Positions 8,654 to 18,333 are shown, counted from the stretch's first letter. The stretch is 26,235 nt of DNA from a virus (IMGVR_UViG_3300030492_000018:1-26235), one strand, 5' to 3'. Translations and numbers: made by a program. Notes: generated by a model not told the origin, from the letters alone.

Positions 8654-10121
8654 GGTATGGCCTGCCTTCGTACATAGTGGTTAGTGGAACTCCTACGGAC
8701 CTTGAGTATGTCGCTGAATCCATTTGGAATATGGCTGAGTCTCCACCACCAAGGTTCTGTACTCCCTGCCCCCACACGTACCTGCGCTTAGCAACAGCAG
8801 ATGATACTACATATGGATAGACAGAGATTGGTCCTACCTCAAACACGTCTAGGTCTGTGTCCATGAAGAAGCCGATCCAGTCTGTGTTGTAGTTATAGTT
8901 GTACGGGAAGGTACCGTTGAGCAAAACACGAGCAACCTCATCACCATCGATAAGAAGCGTTGCAGAGGTACCGTCCAGACTGATATGAAACAGGCTTGGC
9001 TTTGATGTTGTCATTGAGTCGTACATCTTGTAGGAGTCACCGACAGCGAGCACAAATGCCGTGTCTGCAAGATAGAGACCATCGTTGTTCGATAGTGGTC
9101 CTACCAGTCTTGTTGTAATGTGCTTGGAGTTCTTTACTCTACCCCAGAATTCTAGGGTGAGTTCCTTTCCTCTGCCCTTCGCATTCAGTAAACCCTTACC
9201 GGGCACTACAAGTGACGGCAAAGTATCACCAGAGATGAGATGGGTAGATCGGTTGTCACCGAAGACTAGCGGTACTCCCATGGCGTGTGCGAGAAGCTTG
9301 TTGTTCTTTGCAACGATGTAGGCAAAGTCCATACCAAAACCATATTCACTCACTGGAACTACCGTGTCAATACCAAAGTGCTGCAATCCAGTAGTTACGC
9401 TAGGCGACATTGCCAAGCTTCCGTAGTCAACAATTAGTCCAGTACCAGTATCCTGCCCAATAGAGATACCACTGATAAGAGCGGTCTGCTGATTACCGGC
9501 ATAAGCATCTTCGTAGTACGCACGAATCCTGACTCCATAGTTGTTTCGGTATCCAGCATCGGGCACTGGGAATGTTGCTACCACCTGTACCCACTTGCCA
9601 TACTCTGCCGTTACTCTGGATGGAACAAAGAACACATCAACAGAACTAGCACCGTCCATGTATGAGCCAATCTTGGGAATTGATCCACCACCGTTGATTG
9701 GAATCACTTCGAAGTATTTGACAGGGTTGGGGGTATAAACCAAAAACCCCACGGAGAACGTGCCTACCGTGGAGGTTATAAGAGTATCTGGGTCAACTAC
9801 TGTTTCATAGGAAAGATTGGCAGTATTCACTACCGCTGCCTTATTAACTTCAATTGCGTAAGTGTCAGCTTCTCCACTTACATGAACGACAAATGGCATT
9901 CCCTTGATGGAATAAGTATTAACTTGATTGGGTGTTGCAGGAATACTGTCCCTAACAAATCCCATGTATAGCTCAGGTGGGTAAGTGCTAGGAACAGTAT
10001 TCCATGTTGTTAGATTCTGGTTTGCTGAAGAGATTGCAGACAAGTAAGTTGCGTCATCACAAAATGACCACAAACCAATTGGGTGCTCTCCGAAAACTCT
10101 GTCTGAATAAAGGCTGTTCAC
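8646..10121 (-). CDS. virion structural protein with LamG/ConA-like domain
   Basis: 491 aa; N-terminal EHPIGLW, LTLEFW, FHISL..ATLLIDGDEV LamG-like motifs; leaderless GTG start. Confidence 0.65.
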   Translation of the reverse strand: MNSLYSDRVFGEHPIGLWSFCDDATYLSAISSANQNLTTWNTVPSTYPPELYMGFVRDSIPATPNQVNTYSIKGMPFVVHVSGEADTYAIEVNKAAVVNTANLSYETVVDPDTLITSTVGTFSVGFLVYTPNPVKYFEVIPINGGGSIPKIGSYMDGASSVDVFFVPSRVTAEYGKWVQVVATFPVPDAGYRNNYGVRIRAYYEDAYAGNQQTALISGISIGQDTGTGLIVDYGSLAMSPSVTTGLQHFGIDTVVPVSEYGFGMDFAYIVAKNNKLLAHAMGVPLVFGDNRSTHLISGDTLPSLVVPGKGLLNAKGRGKELTLEFWGRVKNSKHITTRLVGPLSNNDGLYLADTAFVLAVGDSYKMYDSMTTSKPSLFHISLDGTSATLLIDGDEVARVLLNGTFPYNYNYNTDWIGFFMDTDLDVFEVGPISVYPYVVSSAVAKRRYVWGQGVQNLGGGDSAIFQMDSATYSRSVGVPLTTMYEGRPYLD

Positions 10122-10127
10122 ATAGAC

Positions 10128-10136
10128 AGTATATCA
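10128..10136 (-). promoter_or_regulatory. extended -10 TGATATACT, leaderless (TGA is the nrdJ stop codon)
   Basis: 6 nt before GTG 10121. Confidence 0.65.
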
Positions 10137-12065
10137 GGCTGATACTAGGTCAGCCACGTCACAAGCACCAGCCATACATGCCAATTCCTGAGTTCCCGTT
10201 GTTCCATCTTCCAATTCGTACAATGGAAGCAATCCCCAGTTTACTTCGGAAGGCATTTTCTTCAACCAAGCTTCGTATTCATCCTTGGAGACTTCCTGAT
10301 ATGGAGCCTGCTTGTATGAATGCTCAGAAGCTGGCAGGAAGCTTACTCCACCGATGCTGTTGAAGTTATTGAATACCCAAGCGCCAACACCAGTCCACTC
10401 ATCTTCCTTGACGTTGATTGTCACAGAAGGGTTGTGCTCTGTCCAGTGCTCACGGTAAAGCTTCCAGATTTCAAGGTGTTCGATGGCAGTCAAGTCGTTT
10501 GTGTACTTGACACCTTCGGGAGCCTTTGTTGGGAAGTAGAATACCGTGGTGGCATCTGGCTTCATTACGTCAGCTTCCCAAGGAATGCCTTCGTCCTTCA
10601 TAAGCTTGGTGAGCGGGTCTTTGTTGTCTGCTCTAACCGTACGCAAGTAGTAGGGTGAGTACCATGGATGGATGCCGCTGGAAACACCCGTTAGCTGACT
10701 AACAGTACCGCTAGGCTTTACGCATGTGATCGCTGTTGAAGGATTGATCCCGAAGGATACAGCCCAATCTGCATTCACAGAAACGGAGTATTCCCTAGCA
10801 ACATCAAGGAAGTCTGCAAGCTCTATTGAGGGGGTAGACATAAACGTGTTGCCGAAGATGCCAGTAAAGGAAACACCAAGAAGGCGCTCTTCCTCAGAAT
10901 TGGTCTTCCAAATCTTGCGAATGTACTTGAAGTCTGTCAAGCTTGACTGCCATGTACCAAGGATTGTTGCAAGGCGAACCTTACGGAGAATGCTCTTGGT
11001 GTCGTCATTCTCACGGATAACAACTTCTGTTAGATTACAGAACTGGTTTGCACGGAGTAGAATCTCTCCGCATGGGTTTGTTCCTGCGATCTTAGTCGAG
11101 TCTCGCCTGCCGAATGAATCAACATGCTTACGGACTGACGCAAGGTTGAAAATGCCTCTTTCACCACTCTTGGAGTCATATAGGTTCTTCCATTCTGTCA
11201 AAAATTGACTTGTATTTGGCTTGCCATTGTATACCGCTGAGTTATTGGCAAGTGCGCGGTGCCCGAACATTTCCCACCAGCTACCAGACTTTGCTGTAGC
11301 CATTGAGTAATCGTCTAGGTCTGAAAGAGAAATCAATGCGGAACGACGAACGCCACCCACAACAACGATTTCTGCGATCTTGGTCATAAGGTCGTGTGCT
11401 TCAATTGGCTTGAGCCTACGGCCTGCTGCCTTCTTGAACATCTCTACGGAGAACTCAAATAGGTTCTCCAATGGCTCTGGACCTGATGCACGACCACCGA
11501 ATGTCTTGAGCCTTGCGCCTGCTGGACGAACCTTTGTCGTGTCCCACTTTGGGACTTGTCCAGTGACGAGCAAGCTTAGAAGTTCCTTATATGACTTCGC
11601 CCAACCAAGCTTAGAATCCTCAACGACAATGGTTGTGTTCGTGTCGAAGAACTCGTCTGCGATGATTGGGAGCTTGCTTGTGTACTTCTCTTCTACACTG
11701 AATCCTACGCCGGTACCATTCATCAAGATGTATACCGTTTCGTCAAACGCACGTAGGTTGTCCACACCGATGAAGCTACAGTTGTAGCCTGCGATGTTGT
11801 CACGTTCAAGTGCTGGTCCTGCTGTCATGAGTGCACGCATCGAAGGCATGATTTCATGGTTCAGGATTGCTTCAAAAATCTCATCGAAGATGGGATCATT
11901 GAAGGATAGTGCTGAATGACTACGCATATAATCAACGTAGCGAGTAACAGTTTCCTGCCAAGTCTCCCTACGTCCCTTGGACTCGATCCATCGTGCGTAG
12001 CGACTTGTTGCGATGAAGCTTGAATAGCTATTCTTGAGAGTTCCGCTCTCCGTAATTATGCTCAT
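10134..12065 (-). CDS. nrdJ: class II (adenosylcobalamin-dependent) ribonucleotide reductase, monomeric RTPR type
   Basis: MPSMRALMTAG, YNCSF, GTGVGFSV, FGGRASGP, VVGGVRRSALISL, catalytic TNPCGEI, TCVKPSGTVSQL, EHNPSVTI, C-terminal ACMAGAC; no beta subunit nearby. Confidence 0.93.
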   Translation of the reverse strand: MSIITESGTLKNSYSSFIATSRYARWIESKGRRETWQETVTRYVDYMRSHSALSFNDPIFDEIFEAILNHEIMPSMRALMTAGPALERDNIAGYNCSFIGVDNLRAFDETVYILMNGTGVGFSVEEKYTSKLPIIADEFFDTNTTIVVEDSKLGWAKSYKELLSLLVTGQVPKWDTTKVRPAGARLKTFGGRASGPEPLENLFEFSVEMFKKAAGRRLKPIEAHDLMTKIAEIVVVGGVRRSALISLSDLDDYSMATAKSGSWWEMFGHRALANNSAVYNGKPNTSQFLTEWKNLYDSKSGERGIFNLASVRKHVDSFGRRDSTKIAGTNPCGEILLRANQFCNLTEVVIRENDDTKSILRKVRLATILGTWQSSLTDFKYIRKIWKTNSEEERLLGVSFTGIFGNTFMSTPSIELADFLDVAREYSVSVNADWAVSFGINPSTAITCVKPSGTVSQLTGVSSGIHPWYSPYYLRTVRADNKDPLTKLMKDEGIPWEADVMKPDATTVFYFPTKAPEGVKYTNDLTAIEHLEIWKLYREHWTEHNPSVTINVKEDEWTGVGAWVFNNFNSIGGVSFLPASEHSYKQAPYQEVSKDEYEAWLKKMPSEVNWGLLPLYELEDGTTGTQELACMAGACDVADLVSA

Positions 12066-12081
12066 TTTCCCCTAACTGACA

Positions 12082-12110
12082 AACATGGGACTCCGAAGAG
12101 TCCCTGTGTT
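12082..12110 (-). other. cUUCGg hairpin in nrdJ 5' leader
   Basis: GGGACTC-TTCG-GAGTCCC perfect stem, extendable with ACA/TGT. Confidence 0.7.
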
Positions 12111-12115
12111 ATACG

Positions 12116-12144
12116 AGTATAGCACCGTTTGAAGCTGTCAGCAA
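12116..12144 (-). promoter_or_regulatory. sigmaA-type promoter for nrdJ
   Basis: TTGCTG-N17-TATACT with TGC extended -10. Confidence 0.6.
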
Positions 12145-12145
12145 G

Positions 12146-13426
12146 TCAGCCCTGAATCCAAATGTCACCACTCGACATGCCTGTGGGGGCTGCCGACTGT
12201 ACCCACACTCTACGGGTACCCATAAAGAATCCTGACGCTCTTGCAGCATCGTTCTTGACTACGGTAGCACCGTTGAGTGTAGCAGCGCCTGTAACAGTAA
12301 TAGCGTTGTTAAGGGTGGCTGCACCAGTGACAGCAAGGGTTCCTGCAATGCTGGCAGTGCTTCCCATGGTGACAGCACCAGTAAGGGTAGAAGTGGTGGA
12401 TACGTTCAGTGCGCCAGTAACAGTAGTGTTGCCAGTAATACCAACGGACCCAGTGATAGTAGTAGCACCACTAATGTCAGCACCACCAGAAAGAACATCG
12501 ACGTGACCAGAAACAGCGAGAGTTGAAGCAATCGTTGTAGCACCAGTAATAGCAACGGTAGACCTTAGCGTAGTTGCACCAAGTACATCAAGTGTAGAGT
12601 TGGTGTCGATTGCACCAGCAACATCTAGATTGCCAGTGATCGCTACCGCAGGAGTGAATGTAACAGTTCCAGCGCTAACTGTCAAGCCTGCTGCGAATGT
12701 TGCCGCTGCTCCCGTAACAGTCATACCGTTTGTGAGCGTTGGCTTACTACCAATAGCCACAGAGCCTGCACTACCAAATGTAGTAGCTCCGTTGAATGTG
12801 TTTGCTGCGGTGAAAGTGTTGATGCTTCCACCGTTAAGAATGTCTGACCATTGAGCATCACCATCTGTAGCTGATGCCTTGGAAAGAACCTGACCTGTTG
12901 TACCGCCCAAAGGAAGAGAAATTACTGACCATCCTGTAGCTGTACGAACTTGGAGTTTTGACCCTACGACTGCAAACTGTCCAGTAACAGGAGCGGGAAT
13001 TGCTGTGTTCTTATCTGTGTCGTTTGCAAAGTAGTTAATGGTTGACTTGAATAGCTGCTTAGCTGTCCAAACATATTCCTGATCTGTTCTTACCAAACCA
13101 CCAAGAGCTACCCACTGGCCTGCGGTGGAGTCCCAATACTTTGCGATGGAAGTAACTGTTGCAGAAGGCGTAGAAGTATCTACCCAGATTCCTCCTGCAT
13201 GGTTTGTGTCAGGTGCGCTTGCAGCATTACCAACAACAAGTGCCGGTGGCTTGCGAAGGTCTAGGGTAGCATTTGTCGCATCAATTCTTGCTCCCTGCGA
13301 CAAGATTTCTCTAGCGATACCGAGAGAGGCGTCAGGAACCGTTCCATCCCTTCCGTAATAGTATCGGTTTAGGGCAGCCTGAATATTCGCATAATCAGTC
13401 ATTAGTGGAACTACTGGTTCTGGCAT
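12146..13426 (-). CDS. tail fibre/spike protein with G/A/T/V-rich beta-helical repeats
   Basis: 426 aa; LPLGGTTGQVLSKASATDGDAQW fibre motif, periodic TxxGAxT repeats, ends VQSAAPTGMSSGDIWIQG; SD AAGGAG. Confidence 0.7.
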   Translation of the reverse strand: MPEPVVPLMTDYANIQAALNRYYYGRDGTVPDASLGIAREILSQGARIDATNATLDLRKPPALVVGNAASAPDTNHAGGIWVDTSTPSATVTSIAKYWDSTAGQWVALGGLVRTDQEYVWTAKQLFKSTINYFANDTDKNTAIPAPVTGQFAVVGSKLQVRTATGWSVISLPLGGTTGQVLSKASATDGDAQWSDILNGGSINTFTAANTFNGATTFGSAGSVAIGSKPTLTNGMTVTGAAATFAAGLTVSAGTVTFTPAVAITGNLDVAGAIDTNSTLDVLGATTLRSTVAITGATTIASTLAVSGHVDVLSGGADISGATTITGSVGITGNTTVTGALNVSTTSTLTGAVTMGSTASIAGTLAVTGAATLNNAITVTGAATLNGATVVKNDAARASGFFMGTRRVWVQSAAPTGMSSGDIWIQG

Positions 13427-13434
13427 TATTCTCC

Positions 13435-14829
13435 TTAGACGTACGTTCCGTGAATTTGGATTCCAGCAACGGCAACCGCTGTATCAAGTGGGGCTACTGC
13501 TGCGGTCACACAAATTGCAATTCCTGTGGTGAATCGCTTACCGCCAACACCGAAGTCGAGCACAACAAAGTCACCAGAAGTACCTGTTGGAGCGACACGG
13601 AATGTTGCAATGGGAACATCTGTACCTACGGTTGGAGCAGAAGCCTTGTTGAATAGCTTTACATATGCTGCCGTTGCTGTTGTATTACAGATGGTTAGCT
13701 CTGAAAGGTTTCCTGCTGCTGCCTTGACTACCGCCGCATTTGTCGATGCGGTTGTCACAACAAAGTAGTTTGTGCCGAAGTTAGCTGGGTGTACGTAAAC
13801 TGGCGCTGTAACGCTTGCTGCTTGAACGGTAACCGTACCGGTAACAACGGCTGGAAGCTGTGAGTATGAAGGTGTTGGACGAATATCCTGAATGACTGTA
13901 TCCAATGCGGAGAACTCAGCAACAGAGACAAATCCTACCGTCATGGTAGTTGTTGTTGGTGCCACTGTTCCATTGACTGCACGAATCTGGACTTGTACCT
14001 TGGCATCATCTGGTACGTTTGCAGTACGTTGGCCCCTAGTAGTTGTTAGGGTTCCGTTTGTTGCTGCATCAACAATACCTGCCTGCAAATCATTGGAAGT
14101 CATTGCAAAGATGTGTCCCGGTGCTGCCGTTGTCGCAATTGAGATAACTACGTCACCCAATGCCCAACCCATACGCTGTGTATCAAACTTTGCAGATGTA
14201 GCCGTTGTGGAATCATAGAGCATGTGGTAATAGTTCCAGCCGAATACATGGACTGTTCCCGTACCCGCTGCAAAACCAGCAACAGTATAGGTAACATTGT
14301 TCCCAGCAACAGAAGCAATGGCATAACGACCGGGAACAAAAGTACCTGTTCCAGCATATCCGCCAAGGTACATGAACTGCCCAACATTCTGAGCAGTAAA
14401 AGGATTGCTTGGGATAGTAACGGTTACTGCTGTAGCCGAAGTAATTGTGATCGCTGCTGCGCTTGCGATAACGTCAACAAGCTCGACAAAGAATGACTGG
14501 TTTGCAACACGCTGCGATAGGGTTACCTGCGCACGCTGCCTTAGTCCAGAACCACCATAGGACTTTGACCCACGAATGATCGTTTCGGAGTTGATTGTCG
14601 TACCGGTTGTAATTACAAGGTTGCCACCGGTCTGATTGATGGTCTGTCCTGCACCAGTTGTGATTACGGAACCCCAAGTTGGGTCAACTCCATTGGCGAT
14701 TGCCTTGGCAAATGAAATTCTGTCTACCTGTGCAGGGACACCCCTAACGAGTGCTGCAATTTCTGGTCCGTCTGGAATTGCTGCGCTATGATTCTCGTTA
14801 ATGTCTGTGAAAAGTCCGACCTGTCCCAT
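13435..14829 (-). CDS. virion structural protein
   Basis: 464 aa, Thr/Ala/Val-rich beta protein; C-terminal STNAAVVKAAAG...YVKLFNKASAPTVGTDVP domain recognised from other phage virion proteins. Confidence 0.6.
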   Translation of the reverse strand: MGQVGLFTDINENHSAAIPDGPEIAALVRGVPAQVDRISFAKAIANGVDPTWGSVITTGAGQTINQTGGNLVITTGTTINSETIIRGSKSYGGSGLRQRAQVTLSQRVANQSFFVELVDVIASAAAITITSATAVTVTIPSNPFTAQNVGQFMYLGGYAGTGTFVPGRYAIASVAGNNVTYTVAGFAAGTGTVHVFGWNYYHMLYDSTTATSAKFDTQRMGWALGDVVISIATTAAPGHIFAMTSNDLQAGIVDAATNGTLTTTRGQRTANVPDDAKVQVQIRAVNGTVAPTTTTMTVGFVSVAEFSALDTVIQDIRPTPSYSQLPAVVTGTVTVQAASVTAPVYVHPANFGTNYFVVTTASTNAAVVKAAAGNLSELTICNTTATAAYVKLFNKASAPTVGTDVPIATFRVAPTGTSGDFVVLDFGVGGKRFTTGIAICVTAAVAPLDTAVAVAGIQIHGTYV

Positions 14830-15231
14830 TTAATCTCCTGTTACGATCCATGCACCGAGAGGCTTCCCCGATGAGTCTGTTTGAATCCAGAGTGCATGAG
14901 CACCCGTATTGATTACCGGGGTAGCTTCCTGAATTATTGTTCCTGTTGATCCGAACATCCCCTGAATATCGAATAGCAAGTTCCACGTTGGTCCTGCTGG
15001 TGTTGCAACTAGCTGGTGAGCTTTCTGTGTTGAGATAGAAATGTACATGTCTCCAACAACAGGCTGCTCCCCCAAGGCTGCAAAGAACGCAATTGGGTCA
15101 AGGGTTCCTGACCAAATCTTAGAACCGCGAGTTCCCGGTGATCCCACACCAACGGTTAGCCTGATTTCTGCTGGTGGAGCGAGAACGTCTACTTGCTCAC
15201 TATTGACTACAAGGGTTAGTTCCTCTGCCAT
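14830..15231 (-). CDS. small fibre-associated structural protein
   Basis: 133 aa; GSPGTRGSKIWSG..DP, VGDMYI and LWIQTD motifs. Confidence 0.6.
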   Translation of the reverse strand: MAEELTLVVNSEQVDVLAPPAEIRLTVGVGSPGTRGSKIWSGTLDPIAFFAALGEQPVVGDMYISISTQKAHQLVATPAGPTWNLLFDIQGMFGSTGTIIQEATPVINTGAHALWIQTDSSGKPLGAWIVTGD

Positions 15232-15578
15232 TAGCTACCCACCACATAATCGGTCGTAGTAATGGTTCCAGTAACGAATGTGTGTACTGCTGGACCCGAA
15301 ATTACAGAAATGTCATAGTAGTAAGTCTTTGTCACATCAAAGTTAGAACCCACTGTTGGGCTAATCTCGCACAAGAGTGAGTTCTCAATTGGATCAACGG
15401 TGACGCTTCCTACCGTCTTCCATCGTGAGGCGTCTGTGCCTCTCTGATCTGAAATGTCAAAGGTACCAGTGAATTCTGATAGGTTGAAGGGTGTACCCAA
15501 AGAAGTCTTTGGGAAAATCAATAGGGCGTAAGAGTCGCCCTTGTAGTATTTGATATCGTAGGTTGCGGGATTAGCCAT
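15231..15578 (-). CDS. BppU N-terminal-like (Ig-like) baseplate/adaptor protein
   Basis: 115 aa; YDI..KGD, GTPFNLS.FT, YYYDI, TFVTGTI pattern. Confidence 0.6.
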   Translation of the reverse strand: MANPATYDIKYYKGDSYALLIFPKTSLGTPFNLSEFTGTFDISDQRGTDASRWKTVGSVTVDPIENSLLCEISPTVGSNFDVTKTYYYDISVISGPAVHTFVTGTITTTDYVVGS

Positions 15579-15584
15579 AGAGCC

Positions 15585-15593
15585 ATTATAGCA
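15585..15593 (-). promoter_or_regulatory. extended -10 TGCTATAAT, leaderless
   Basis: 6 nt before ATG 15578, right after the ssb terminator. Confidence 0.7.
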
Positions 15594-15599
15594 TTACAT

Positions 15600-15640
15600 G
15601 ACAAAGCGGACGCAGCATTTCGCTACGCCCGCCTATTGTC
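15600..15640 (-). terminator. terminator hairpin after ssb
   Basis: GGCGGGCGTAGC-GAAAT-GCTGCGTCCGCT followed by TTGT; extendable by GACAA/TTGTC. Confidence 0.7.
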
Positions 15641-15654
15641 AGTCAGGGGATGAC

Positions 15655-16002
15655 TTAGTTATTTACCTTACCCACATCGAGTCCAATTGCTTCGGCCTTG
15701 ACGAGAAGTGAGAACTTGGGTTCACCAGAAACCTTGTCTTCCCACCTATCTTCAAAGATGGTTCCAATGACGATGATTGGATCGCCAAGCTCAAGATGAT
15801 CACGAACCTTAATTGCTGAGTTACCCCAGATTTCTACGTTCCATCCTGAGGAGTTCTTGTCTTCCCACTCATTCTCAGTGTCCTTGACCTTTTGACGGTC
15901 GTTGGTCATCATGCGGAATCTTGCGACTCCTGAGTTACCGACTGTGCGGTACTCGATTGCCTTTGCGATATTGCCTCGCATTGTAATTGTTGGGCTTCCC
16001 AT
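15655..16002 (-). CDS. ssb: single-stranded DNA-binding protein (OB fold, no acidic tail)
   Basis: ITMRGNI, VARFR, W..VEIWG..A, LELGDPIIVIG, DRWEDK..G, AEAIGLDV; SD GAAAGGA. Confidence 0.88.
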   Translation of the reverse strand: MGSPTITMRGNIAKAIEYRTVGNSGVARFRMMTNDRQKVKDTENEWEDKNSSGWNVEIWGNSAIKVRDHLELGDPIIVIGTIFEDRWEDKVSGEPKFSLLVKAEAIGLDVGKVNN

Positions 16003-16036
16003 GTTCTGTATCCTTTCGCTTGTTCTGCCGAGTACA

Positions 16037-16065
16037 AGGATAACACAGGCCCAGAGCTATGTCAA
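16037..16065 (-). promoter_or_regulatory. sigmaA-type promoter for ssb
   Basis: TTGACA-N17-TATCCT with TGT extended -10; the -35 lies in the last codons of the upstream gene. Confidence 0.7.
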
Positions 16066-18327
16066 GGGCACCCAAGATGTACCATCAAACTTGCGCACGA
16101 GCGCTGGCTTTGACCAGTCCGCAACATACACGTAGAAGAACTGGTTCACCCATGCCGTACCGTTCCATACCTTGACATATCCACCGATGACACCAGTTTC
16201 GTCAAGTCCTGCTGTTGAGTTGCCGATCCCATTGACTGCTCGCACACTCACGCGGAAGTTGAATGCCCATGGTTGAGCGAGGGTAACCGAAGTGGCTAGT
16301 CCAATATCTGTATAGGCAGTCGTGACCAAGTAAGGATCGGTTCCTGCGAGTGCCTGAGTCTCAATCTGGTACTGGTACTTTGTGATAGGAGTTCCACCAT
16401 CTGACGGTGGGGTCAACCAGCTAAGAGTAATCTGGGAAGTCGTAGCATTGTAAGATACAGCTACCGTGGAAGGTGATGCTGAAACTGTTGGAGCAACTGC
16501 TCCTGCCTGTGAAAGAGTTACGGGAGATGATCCTGTTGCATTGACTGCTGCCACAGAAAACCTTGCTGTTTCACCGGGACCAATATTCGTAATCCCCACC
16601 GACGTTCCAACAACAGAATATGAACTTGGGACTCCTGCACTGGAAACTACGGCAATAGTATACGACGTTGTGTCTGCCGTTGCTGTCCACGACAAAGTAG
16701 CTGATGACTTTCCTGCTGCCGCTGTGAATGCGCCCAAGGTTACTGTTGCCGGTGCACTTGGTACAGTCGGAGAATAGATTCCGTCCTGTGAATATGCAGG
16801 GGCAGAATAGCCCACATTGTTAAGCGTCATGACAGAGAACTTGGTAAGTTCGCCAGCATCCATATCTGTGATCGAAACAGATGTTCCCACAACGACGTTG
16901 GTTGCTGGAATACCCGTACCGTTTACGACTGTAACGTAGTAGCTTGTTGCACCGGCTACAGCATTCCAAGAAAGTGTTGCAGAAGCCTTTCCTACAAGTC
17001 TAGTGAATGCTCCAAGTGTAACTCCTGTTGGTGCTGTGAGGAGAGTATTTCCTGTAACATATGCGTTGTTGGAGTTACCCGAAGTATATGCCGTTCCAGT
17101 TGTATGCTTAGCCTTGATTACAGCGGTATATGTTTGACCAGCATTAAGTCCTTGAACCAACATTGATGTTGCTGCTGTGTCTGCTCCATACTTGCCCCCA
17201 TCAATCCATACTTCATATGCCTGAACATACGCTGGATTTGCATGGCTCCAAGAAACTGTTGCTTGGGAGGTCTGACTAATGCCATTGATAACTCCCGAAG
17301 CATGGTTAGTAGTAACTGTTGCTGCTCCAAAAGCTGCGGAAGTGGGTGCTGTCACAGAGTTGTAGACTGTATTGGAGAGAGCACCATATCCTGCACCACC
17401 GGCATTGAATGCGTTAACCGTGAATTCATATCTGTGATCTGCGACTCCACCAGTAAACACATAGGAGGTAGCAGTTGAAGAAACAGGGAATCCCGCTGAC
17501 CATGCGCCGCCATCAACCCTATAGTAAACGGTATTGTAGCTAATGCTTCCTCTACCCGTTCCGTTATTTGTCCAAGGAATTGTGATGTAGTCGTCTGCTG
17601 ACCTTGTGACTGTTCCTACCGTTGGTCCTGCGGGCGCGGTCCATACTCCCTCAGATGCTGCGGAAGCTGCTCCATATCCACTTGAATTGTATCCAAGTGT
17701 TCGATAGTAATATTGTGTTCCCGTAGAAAGTCCGGTATGTGTGTACCATGTGTCTGCATTGTGTCCTTGAGACAATGAAACTACATTCCACCAGTTCACC
17801 TTATCGGTGGAGCATTGAAGCATTGCAGATGTTACCGGCCCAAAGTCATTGGTATCGGTTGCTGATGGGAATGCCCAATACATTGTCACGGAACTAGATG
17901 TTGCCGATGAAATCCACGGTGCAGAACCGGCATATGGCAAATCGTATGCTCTTGCAGGATAAGTGAATGTGTGACCGGATGTTAGTGTTGCCCCGGCATA
18001 TGAGATACCGGAAAGGCTGATATTCGCATCATGGGTCGTCGTTGCCCCATAAGATAAGTCGTTCCACTGTCCAGACTGTGTACGCATGGTCATTGTTCCA
18101 GACCATGAGCTTGACTTGTTTACCTCGTTTGAATACGTACCGTCGGTGATTGCGTTACCGGATAGCGTCAAAGTGTTTGATGTGTCGTAGATAGGATCAT
18201 CAGAAGAAAATTTGCAGTCGAAATCATGGATTCTACCTTGGCTACCGTCTGAACTAAGCTCAACGGTAGACGAAAATCCCAAACCAACTCTACACCCGTT
18301 ATGCTTCGTTCCCCAGTCATCTGTCAT
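16057..18327 (-). CDS. fibronectin type III repeat virion protein (minor tail / receptor-binding)
   Basis: 756 aa; about six FN3-like units (TGLSTGTQYYYRTLGYN, YEFTVNAFN, GLNAGQTYT, LSW..P.SDGGTPITKY, FRVSVRAVNGIG); C-terminal VKVWNGTAW/FDGTSW. Confidence 0.85.
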   Translation of the reverse strand: MTDDWGTKHNGCRVGLGFSSTVELSSDGSQGRIHDFDCKFSSDDPIYDTSNTLTLSGNAITDGTYSNEVNKSSSWSGTMTMRTQSGQWNDLSYGATTTHDANISLSGISYAGATLTSGHTFTYPARAYDLPYAGSAPWISSATSSSVTMYWAFPSATDTNDFGPVTSAMLQCSTDKVNWWNVVSLSQGHNADTWYTHTGLSTGTQYYYRTLGYNSSGYGAASAASEGVWTAPAGPTVGTVTRSADDYITIPWTNNGTGRGSISYNTVYYRVDGGAWSAGFPVSSTATSYVFTGGVADHRYEFTVNAFNAGGAGYGALSNTVYNSVTAPTSAAFGAATVTTNHASGVINGISQTSQATVSWSHANPAYVQAYEVWIDGGKYGADTAATSMLVQGLNAGQTYTAVIKAKHTTGTAYTSGNSNNAYVTGNTLLTAPTGVTLGAFTRLVGKASATLSWNAVAGATSYYVTVVNGTGIPATNVVVGTSVSITDMDAGELTKFSVMTLNNVGYSAPAYSQDGIYSPTVPSAPATVTLGAFTAAAGKSSATLSWTATADTTSYTIAVVSSAGVPSSYSVVGTSVGITNIGPGETARFSVAAVNATGSSPVTLSQAGAVAPTVSASPSTVAVSYNATTSQITLSWLTPPSDGGTPITKYQYQIETQALAGTDPYLVTTAYTDIGLATSVTLAQPWAFNFRVSVRAVNGIGNSTAGLDETGVIGGYVKVWNGTAWVNQFFYVYVADWSKPALVRKFDGTSWVPLT

Positions 18328-18333
18328 ATGTAG

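Noticed and set aside
12066-12145. Cobalamin riboswitch or NrdR box upstream of nrdJ
   Set aside because: The gap is only 80 nt and lacks B12-box or NrdR palindrome consensus.
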